Source: SAR86 cluster bacterium
Lineage (GTDB): Bacteria; Pseudomonadota; Gammaproteobacteria; Pseudomonadales; Pseudohongiellaceae
Length of the DNA stretch: 64,000 nucleotides
NCBI GenBank assembly: GCA_002746215.1
Contig: NVWI01000004.1
Coordinates: 158,405 to 222,404 of the forward strand
Direction: 5' to 3'
Numbering within the stretch: position 1 is the stretch's first letter; every line of letters starts with the position of its first letter. The notes under the pieces are model-generated. The model was not told the origin of the DNA, did not search any database, and worked only from the letters and a program-made list of their open reading frames with translations. A program made the position numbers and the translations under genes. Positions 38,853 through 45,942 of this stretch are shown piece after piece.

Positions 38853-41201
38853 TTAACCACTTAAATCACAAGTGAATTGAATCCCAGCAATTTCAATCCT
38901 GTCGCCCTGGTTCACAACAGTCCTGGAAAATGGCTGAACTTTATTACCATTCACTGAGGTGCCATGAGTAGAACTCAAGTCTTCCAACACAACAATTTGG
39001 CCCTCTTTACGCAAACGACAATGCCGTCGAGATACTCTGGAATCGTTAAGCACCACATGATTCAGCGTTGCTGAGCGGCCAATCACCAGGCCTTCTTTTG
39101 AACTCAGTAAGGCGTCATCCAATTCAATAGAGTTACTGGTTCCAGAACCAACTAGACGGCCAGCAACTCGGCTTCTGTTGACCGATACCTGTTGTGGGCT
39201 CACTCTGGCTTCTGGTTCTGCTGACGGCGCTGGTGTTGCAGCGGATGCTCGATATTCTGGCCCTGCTGTGCTGTATTCAGGGCGCAAGCGACTCAAGCCG
39301 AATAAAGCCAATAATACAAAGGCGAGACCAAGACCAATATAGAGCGCATTGTTATTTGCCGCCTCAGTTGTCGGAGTAGAAATTGGATCACCGGGAGTTG
39401 GCGTAGCAACCGGGCCAGATGAAGGGTCCGGTGGTGTTGGTGCCGGACTGGGTGTCGGCACAGGTGTTGGCACTGGTGTCGGGTCAGATTGAGGAATTGG
39501 CGTTGGCGTAATTACTGGCGGTGGTGTTGGAGCTTGTCGTCGCCATGCGCCAGAAATACCTACTGCATCCATCGCTTCATGCACCGCAATCCAGTTATCA
39601 GAATACTCGCCATAGAGAATTTCTGCAGCTAGAGCAAAAGCGTTTCTACCTGCCTCAAAATCGGCATAAGGCGTTAATAATTGAGATCCGGCTAAACCAA
39701 AAATGGCGGCAGCATTGGCAATGCCAATTCCCTGTACATTTGGTCCTGTACCTAATCGAGGATGTCGACCACCTTCAACCAAGATATAGAACGCCTGATT
39801 AATGATGGATGAATTTGAGTGCACGCCACCCTGGTCATTTTCGATTGGCACAGAATAAAATTGATCATAGTGATCAGGGTTATTATCAATCCTGTTAGGG
39901 TTTCTCATATCCCGTAGGGGGCCAACAGGACTGTCCATAGTCCATAAATTCGAATAAGTTGGTATAGACGAAGGGTTCTGTCCAAGTGCTCCCCCGGCTT
40001 CACGCCAGGCCTTAAATGAAACACCAATAGCATCCGCTATGCCTTCATCCATTGCACCAGATTCAAATTCATAGATAAGCCCACTGCCCGTGGAAATAAT
40101 GCCATGCGTCAGTTCATGCGCAATAACTTCAATATAGGGTATAGCGCTGGCCGGAATGTGAAGCTCATTCCAACCCGAATACCATGAAGCATTAAACGCG
40201 TCGCCTACACATTCACTCCAGCCATTTCCGGGATAGAAACGAATGCCAGAATACGCTTCTAGCGCAAGACCCTGATTATCAACACTGTCCATGTTTAAAA
40301 CGCTGGACATAAATTGATAGGCATCGCCTAGAATATTATAGAGCTGATCAACATGCCCCACTCCACTCGATGCGTCACCCTCATTTCGTGTAAACGTATC
40401 ATCTTGCTCCATCAAGTTTTGAATTTCTAATGACCTATCTGAGTCAATCGGATAGTCGACACCGACTGATCTGCACGCTGCTTCCATATCTCTTACTAAG
40501 CGCCTAAGTGCCCCTCGAGCCATCGGATATTTTGCAAGAAGCTCACCATTCACCGCATCAATATAAATATTTTCTGCCACTCCAGTGCTGGTAAATCCGT
40601 TAACTGACCAACTTAAGCGTAGATTCCCCGCATCATCTACGAAATAAACAGGCGCACTCGGCGTATCTAAACTTTCAGCGATATCAGCAATCACCCTGGC
40701 TTGTTCAAAAGAAATTTGAGAAAGAGTAGGCGCATCTGCAGTAAATCCCTGATGCTGACCAAGCAAACTTATTTGATTGCCTTGGGAATCAAGTATAAGC
40801 CTGGATTCGTATCCAACTATTGAGATGCCCTGGTGAGTTTGCTGCAACGAACGAATGTTGAAATTATTAACGGTACTACTCTGCTCAGACAGACTAAGCT
40901 CATCAGCAGGACCAAGATTGAGTTGCTGTTTTAATTCACTACCAAGCCAACTTACAATTGCCTCATCACTGGTTAGTCTTTTGCTATTTTCACCAAAGCC
41001 ATCAACAAACACAGCGTTAGCATCACTCGCACCTTCTTCAGTGCTTATAGGAGCCTCAGCGTCATTAATAAGAGCCTCAGCGTCATTAATAAGAGCCTCA
41101 GCGTCATTAATAAGAGCCTCAGCGTCATCAATAAGAGCCTCAGCGCCCATAAGAGCGCCCGATATTACTAACAGTAAGGAGCAAGCAAAAAATCTACACA
41201 T
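38853..41201 (-). CDS. Thermolysin-like M4 metalloprotease (FTP-PepSY propeptide plus M4 catalytic domains) joined by a Pro/Thr linker and one TM helix to a cytoplasmic FHA domain
   Basis: - N-terminus: signal peptide, then EALI(N/D)DA heptads
- Propeptide: FTP motif LQQTHQGISIVG and a PepSY-like block
- Catalytic domain: zinc site VIAHELTHGI plus GAMDEGIADAIG, and GGVHSNSSIINQAFY
- Linker: PTPPPVITPTPIPQSDPTPVPTPVPTPSPAPTPP
- TM helix: LYIGLGLAFVLLALFGL
- C-terminal FHA: VIGRS..VSRRHCRL..LSSTHGTSVNG. Confidence 0.8.
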   Translation of the reverse strand: MCRFFACSLLLVISGALMGAEALIDDAEALINDAEALINDAEALINDAEAPISTEEGASDANAVFVDGFGENSKRLTSDEAIVSWLGSELKQQLNLGPADELSLSEQSSTVNNFNIRSLQQTHQGISIVGYESRLILDSQGNQISLLGQHQGFTADAPTLSQISFEQARVIADIAESLDTPSAPVYFVDDAGNLRLSWSVNGFTSTGVAENIYIDAVNGELLAKYPMARGALRRLVRDMEAACRSVGVDYPIDSDRSLEIQNLMEQDDTFTRNEGDASSGVGHVDQLYNILGDAYQFMSSVLNMDSVDNQGLALEAYSGIRFYPGNGWSECVGDAFNASWYSGWNELHIPASAIPYIEVIAHELTHGIISTGSGLIYEFESGAMDEGIADAIGVSFKAWREAGGALGQNPSSIPTYSNLWTMDSPVGPLRDMRNPNRIDNNPDHYDQFYSVPIENDQGGVHSNSSIINQAFYILVEGGRHPRLGTGPNVQGIGIANAAAIFGLAGSQLLTPYADFEAGRNAFALAAEILYGEYSDNWIAVHEAMDAVGISGAWRRQAPTPPPVITPTPIPQSDPTPVPTPVPTPSPAPTPPDPSSGPVATPTPGDPISTPTTEAANNNALYIGLGLAFVLLALFGLSRLRPEYSTAGPEYRASAATPAPSAEPEARVSPQQVSVNRSRVAGRLVGSGTSNSIELDDALLSSKEGLVIGRSATLNHVVLNDSRVSRRHCRLRKEGQIVVLEDLSSTHGTSVNGNKVQPFSRTVVNQGDRIEIAGIQFTCDLSG
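41051..41152 (-). repeat. In-frame 21-bp tandem repeat (4.8 units) inside the M4-FHA gene
   Basis: GAGCCTCAGCGTCATTAATAA repeats perfectly at 41051, 41072 and 41093, with one mismatch at 41114 and a partial unit at 41135. It encodes EALINDA/EALIDDA heptads directly after the signal peptide. Confidence 0.9.
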
Positions 41202-41202
41202 C

Positions 41203-42951
41203 TTATGCCTCCCCTATATTTACTGGCAAACGCATCAGGACCGCCCCATCTTGAGCATCCAAAAATACACGCTCTTGAGCACCTTCAATGACTACTTCGA
41301 TATACCAGGCTAGATGGTAAGTACCTTCCACCTCGACAATAATTAACTGCGCCGCATCAGTTTCGGCTCTGGGACTAACGGCCATTGCCAGGCTCTGGTT
41401 TGCAAGATCCAGAGCTTGGTCAAAACTAAGTTCAGGTTCAACATTAATCTCAATATCATTGCCTGTTGAGCCGCTGATATTAAACACATTGCCATTGATC
41501 TCTACCGCAACAACTTCTGCACCGAAAACCGGAATACCAAGATGAGTCTGCTCCAGTCGAATTATGCGATTGCCATTAACCTCACCTTCTGTGCTGATGG
41601 ATAAGGCATCATTAGGACCAAGCCGATCATTTAATAACAGCATGTCTGTGATTTCCGCTATCAGCTCTTCATTGCTACTGACTTCTATAGCGGTTTCTAG
41701 TTGAATGGAATCTAGAACTCTGTCTTCTCGCACGGCCCCTTCACTATTTGTAGCCGGCGTAGTGTCCTGGGTAACAGGCAGCCCTTCCCCGCCTTCACCA
41801 TTTGCTTGATTGGCAGTGCTTTCTGCCTCCTCCAAGGTCCCATCTGCTCCCTGAGACTGATCATTATTCTCAGACTGGTTTGTATTCTGAGAACCAGCTT
41901 CCTCAGAGCCTCCAGACATAATCATTACCAGCCCCGCAAGAACAACAATCACACCGGCAATTAACAACCATTTTTTAGTAGACCCAGCATTAGAGCTAGC
42001 ATCAGAGCTGATAGTAGCGCTGGGTCTTGTTGCTTGAGAATCAGGAGAGCTAGCGGAATCCACACGGGACTCAGTAACCGCTTCTCGCTTTCCTGGATTG
42101 GTTATTGGATCTTCAACTTCTGGCATTGGCTGATGCTCATTGTCGTCTTGATTAGAATTTGTCATAAGAGAATCCTGATTACTTGCGTTTATTTCTACCA
42201 TTATTACCGTTGTGTTGTCATGTTTTGGTCGCTCTTTCATCTTTTCCAGCAAAGCAGCCTCAATTATTGCGTCTGCTTCTTTCGAATCTGTATCAAATAA
42301 TGCCAGCACCTCTTCGGTGCTGAAAATTTCCCAGAAGCCATCACTGCATACCGTAAACCGCTCCCCCTTTGCCAAATCCCAGTGGGTAATTTCAGGGTCA
42401 GGTAAATCCTGACCGCCAATATTAGAAATAACCGTGCCCTGATCTGGGTCTTCAGCTAACTCTTCTTCCGTAATTTTCCCTTGTAACACTTTCAGCTGTG
42501 CCAACGAATGATCAAAGGACTGTGCAATTTTTTGAGTATTCGAATATTGAGTGATGCGACTATCACCAGCATGAATGGATATGGCTTTGTCGTGTTCACC
42601 ATCTTTATAAAGGTAGAGCGCAGCAAGAGTTGACCGAGGTTCCAACCCATTAGCTTCTCCAACCTTATTAACCGCCAGGTGACTCTCAGAAACCAGCTTA
42701 TACAAGAAGCTTTCTACACCTTCTATATCAATACTTGCCCGTAGGAGCTGTTCTTGCCATAACGTATTTGCTGTCTCGATCACAGTCTGCGCAGCCAGCG
42801 CGCTGCCTTTATGGCCGCCCATACCATCGGCAACCACACAAAGCAGGCTTTGCTGCTCGGAATTTTGCAAAACGCTAAAACGATCCTGATTTTCTTCGCG
42901 ATGACCAATATGCGAAAAAGAAGTGATGCTGCACTTATTTTGGGAAGGCAT
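41203..42951 (-). CDS. PP2C-family Ser/Thr phosphatase joined by one TM helix to an extracytoplasmic FTP/PepSY (thermolysin-propeptide-like) module
   Basis: - N-terminal PP2C motifs: VVADGMGGHKGS, AGDSR, FTVCSDGFW, DNTTVIMV
- Ser/Thr-rich linker
- TM helix: WLLIAGVIVVLAGLVMIM
- Acidic low-complexity spacer
- C-terminal module: LEQTHLGIPVFGAEVV (FTP) and a PepSY-like block (YHLAWYIEV..VFLDAQDGAVL)
- Its stop is 1 nt from the ATG of the M4-FHA gene (TAAgATG). Confidence 0.8.
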   Translation of the reverse strand: MPSQNKCSITSFSHIGHREENQDRFSVLQNSEQQSLLCVVADGMGGHKGSALAAQTVIETANTLWQEQLLRASIDIEGVESFLYKLVSESHLAVNKVGEANGLEPRSTLAALYLYKDGEHDKAISIHAGDSRITQYSNTQKIAQSFDHSLAQLKVLQGKITEEELAEDPDQGTVISNIGGQDLPDPEITHWDLAKGERFTVCSDGFWEIFSTEEVLALFDTDSKEADAIIEAALLEKMKERPKHDNTTVIMVEINASNQDSLMTNSNQDDNEHQPMPEVEDPITNPGKREAVTESRVDSASSPDSQATRPSATISSDASSNAGSTKKWLLIAGVIVVLAGLVMIMSGGSEEAGSQNTNQSENNDQSQGADGTLEEAESTANQANGEGGEGLPVTQDTTPATNSEGAVREDRVLDSIQLETAIEVSSNEELIAEITDMLLLNDRLGPNDALSISTEGEVNGNRIIRLEQTHLGIPVFGAEVVAVEINGNVFNISGSTGNDIEINVEPELSFDQALDLANQSLAMAVSPRAETDAAQLIIVEVEGTYHLAWYIEVVIEGAQERVFLDAQDGAVLMRLPVNIGEA

Positions 42952-43134
42952 ATACTGCTTCTTTATAGCTAACCAATGGGTCTAAACCATAGCTGTTTTG
43001 ACTTTCTTGTTCAATAGGTGGAACCAGTAGAATTAATAATCTTAACTTTTCAGGGACTAAAGTTGCCTCTTTTGAAAATTATTCTATAGAATGAATCCCT
43101 GCAAGATTATTATGTGTATTAATGAGTAGTAACT

Positions 43135-43416
43135 ATGCCATCTAAAACGTCATTTAAAACCTACAGCGTTGGTCGCGGCTCAGATGTCGATATTCAGATA
43201 AGTGGTCAAAGCGTATCCAGGCACCATCTTGAACTCACCGCAACGAATGACGGTAGATACTATCTGATTGATGCCAACTCTAGCAGTGGAACCCAGATTC
43301 AACGAGGTGGAAACTGGGAATCAATCAATCAAGGCTTTGTCACTGCAAACGACACCTTATTACTCGGTAAAGAAAGCATCCAAATACAACAATTGCTCTC
43401 AAAAATGAAACATTAG
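43135..43416 (+). CDS. Stand-alone FHA-domain protein (93 aa)
   Basis: YSVGRGSDVDIQI..VSRHHLEL..SSSGTQI matches the FHA core. It is the first gene of the plus-strand operon. Confidence 0.75.
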   Translation: MPSKTSFKTYSVGRGSDVDIQISGQSVSRHHLELTATNDGRYYLIDANSSSGTQIQRGGNWESINQGFVTANDTLLLGKESIQIQQLLSKMKH

Positions 43417-43515
43417 ATAGCTGCAATAATCGTAATAGCACTAGTTAGCAGCCTAGCAGCCAATTGAGCCACATCTTAACGAACAGAAAGATTTAACAAA
43501 GGTGAATAAACCAGC

Positions 43516-44331
43516 ATGAATAATCTAGAACAACAAGAAACTAATTTTCGCATAGTCGTAGCGCTGGTTGCGTCAATCATTGCTGCGGTTTTTATTGGCG
43601 TTATGTCTCTAGTATTTTCGCCTAGCGAAGGTGCCGTTGGTCAATTAGCCATGGGCGATATTTTGTTTGATCGTTCTACCGATGTCTTCCCTTACCCGCT
43701 GACTATTCAGAATATGATGTGGTTACTATTCATGGTTGGCTTCGGCGAATTGTGGATCAGGTTTGATCGAGGCACAAAAGAAATGGCGCAATTAAAAAGA
43801 GGTTTATTGCCTGAGGATGATAGCACTATGTTGCGCGCCAAGGAGTTAGTGCCTATATTCAGTTCTGTTGTAGACAACACTAAAACCCGTTACTTTTTCT
43901 TACCACGCTTGATGCACCGTATTATTTTACAGTTTCAGAATAGCCAGTCCATCAATCAATCCAATAGCTTAATGAATTCCAGTCTGGAATTAATGCAACA
44001 TGAAATAGATTTGAAATATAATATGGTGCGTTATTTAGTCTGGTTGATCCCAACTATCGGCTTTATTGGAACTGTTATTGGTATCGCACTTTCTTTATCG
44101 GAAGCGGCAAACATGCCAGACCTGGGTCAAAGCGACGCTATCAGAGTTTGGATGGGCGTGTTAACAACCAAGTTGGGTGTTGCCTTTAACACAACCTTAT
44201 TAGCATTGGTTATGTCAGCCATCCTGGTTTTTTTCATGCACCTGGCGCAAGGTCGTGAAGAAAGCGCGCTTAACAATACTGGGCAATATTGCATGGATAA
44301 TTTAATCAACAGACTTTATGAAGAAAAATAA
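43516..44331 (+). CDS. MotA/TolQ/ExbB-family proton-channel-like membrane protein (orphan)
   Basis: It has four predicted TM helices. LIPTIGFIGTVIGI and LGVAFNTTLLALVMSAILVFF resemble the conserved last two helices of ExbB/TolQ/MotA. No ExbD/TolR/MotB-like partner lies nearby. Confidence 0.55.
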   Translation: MNNLEQQETNFRIVVALVASIIAAVFIGVMSLVFSPSEGAVGQLAMGDILFDRSTDVFPYPLTIQNMMWLLFMVGFGELWIRFDRGTKEMAQLKRGLLPEDDSTMLRAKELVPIFSSVVDNTKTRYFFLPRLMHRIILQFQNSQSINQSNSLMNSSLELMQHEIDLKYNMVRYLVWLIPTIGFIGTVIGIALSLSEAANMPDLGQSDAIRVWMGVLTTKLGVAFNTTLLALVMSAILVFFMHLAQGREESALNNTGQYCMDNLINRLYEEK

Positions 44332-44357
44332 AGAGTCATCTTTCCTGGAGGTTTATT

Positions 44358-45050
44358 ATGGCAGTTAAAAGAGGACCAGACGGTATACCTATCGATGTGC
44401 CATCCGTCATGCACGAAAAGTCCAAACACGCATCACCGGCCAGTGATGCGCCTACATCATTATTTGATAACACTGGCCATGTAAACGCCGATAATGATAA
44501 GCCAACTGAATTAAATCCGAATCAGTCCAGTAGTTTATTCGGAGACGAACCGCCTACGGTTAAAGCTGATCAAAGTGGTGCTGCAACGCCAAATCAATCT
44601 GCTGCTGCAGTTGATGAGCCAGCAACGGTTATTGCTGGAGGAGCCGGTCGTCCCAGTCACGCAACAAAAGATGACTCTGGAAACCAACAAATTGATGCAA
44701 TGGCAGACCCTGTCGTTGGTTGGTTGGTTGTTGTCGATGGCCCTGGTAAAGGCAATTATTTAAAATTAGGTAACGGCCAAAACAGTATAGGCCGCGGCAA
44801 CTCTGAACGCATAAAACTGGATTTCGGTGACGATCAAATTTCACGCGCTAATCATGCAATGTTGACGTTTGATCCGCGTGGTGGAGGATTTTATATCCAA
44901 CAGGGATCAGGCACTAACCTGGCTTACCTTGATAACAGCCCGGTCCTGTCACCGACTAAACTAAGTGCGGGTAGTCGTATCACTCTCGGTGATACAACGC
45001 TGATGTTTGCCCCATTATGTGGAGAAAATTTCAGCTGGGATGAGGAATAA
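44358..45050 (+). CDS. FHA-domain protein with a long disordered N-terminal region
   Basis: About 125 aa of Ser/Thr/Pro/Ala-rich low-complexity sequence (SLFDNT / SLFGDEPPT motifs) comes first. Then SIGRG..ISRANHAML..GSGTNLAYLDN gives the FHA signature. No TM helix is present. Confidence 0.75.
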   Translation: MAVKRGPDGIPIDVPSVMHEKSKHASPASDAPTSLFDNTGHVNADNDKPTELNPNQSSSLFGDEPPTVKADQSGAATPNQSAAAVDEPATVIAGGAGRPSHATKDDSGNQQIDAMADPVVGWLVVVDGPGKGNYLKLGNGQNSIGRGNSERIKLDFGDDQISRANHAMLTFDPRGGGFYIQQGSGTNLAYLDNSPVLSPTKLSAGSRITLGDTTLMFAPLCGENFSWDEE

Positions 45051-45056
45051 CACTGC

Positions 45057-45893
45057 ATGAGTGCTGAAGAAGCGAGCACCTTGAAAAGCCTGGTTATAGA
45101 TTCTGGCTGGGGCCAGATTATTGGCACTAGAAAATCGCAGCAAGACCATGCTGTTATTGTTAATTGGCCTACTGGTTTTGCCCTTTCAATATTAGCCGAT
45201 GGTATGGGCGGTCACGCTGGTGGAGCAGAGGCTAGCCACTTAGTCGTAGATACATTTCGACAAAGTTTTGTAGACTCGACTGAAAGCAATATTCGGCAAC
45301 GCTTTCTGGAAGGCTTATCTGCCGCTAATCTTGCAGTTTATGAACACGCTAAAAACAATCCGGAACTCGAAGGTATGGGCTCTACTTTTTTAGCAGTCAC
45401 TTTCGATGGTTCTGCTATCCAGTGGATCAGCGTCGGTGATAGCCCACTTTGGTTATTCCGTGATGGAGAAATTCGCCAAATAAATGAAAATCATTCCATG
45501 GCGGCGGTGCTGGCTAAACAAGTTGAAGAAGGGCTTATCAGCAAAGAAGAAGCTGCAAGCTCTCCTGAACGCAGCCAATTACTCGATGCCGTGTTGGGCA
45601 AAGACATCAAAATGGTTGATGCCCCCGAAGAAGCGCTACAAGTACAAAACGGTGACATTATTATTTTAGCCAGTGACGGCGTTGAAACCTGCTCACTAGA
45701 AGAGCTACAGGAATTGCTCACAAGTGAAACACAGGATGCTGCCAGCAGCGCAAAACAAATCGTTGCGAAAATTTTAACAAAGGTTGAAGAGCATCAACGC
45801 AAGTCTCAGGATAACTCTACTGTTAATGTACTGCGTATCCTCAACGACCAGGAACAAATAAATACTGTACAGAATAAGAATAGCGAAGCTTAA
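45057..45893 (+). CDS. Cytoplasmic PP2C-family Ser/Thr phosphatase
   Basis: Motifs found are ILADGMGGHAGG, GSTFLAV, VGDSPLWLFRDG, IILASDGV, and DNSTVNVL. It starts 6 nt after the preceding FHA gene. Confidence 0.85.
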   Translation: MSAEEASTLKSLVIDSGWGQIIGTRKSQQDHAVIVNWPTGFALSILADGMGGHAGGAEASHLVVDTFRQSFVDSTESNIRQRFLEGLSAANLAVYEHAKNNPELEGMGSTFLAVTFDGSAIQWISVGDSPLWLFRDGEIRQINENHSMAAVLAKQVEEGLISKEEAASSPERSQLLDAVLGKDIKMVDAPEEALQVQNGDIIILASDGVETCSLEELQELLTSETQDAASSAKQIVAKILTKVEEHQRKSQDNSTVNVLRILNDQEQINTVQNKNSEA

Positions 45894-45942
45894 GTCATAA
45901 AATAAAAAACAAGTTTTGGTTCAAATTATTGGAAATATTAAG

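Noticed and set aside
43516-44331. The MotA-like protein as ZorA of a Zorya anti-phage system
   Set aside because: The protein is only 271 aa and lacks the long C-terminal tail of ZorA. There is no ZorB (MotB/OmpA-like) gene, and no ZorC/D/E-like genes follow it.
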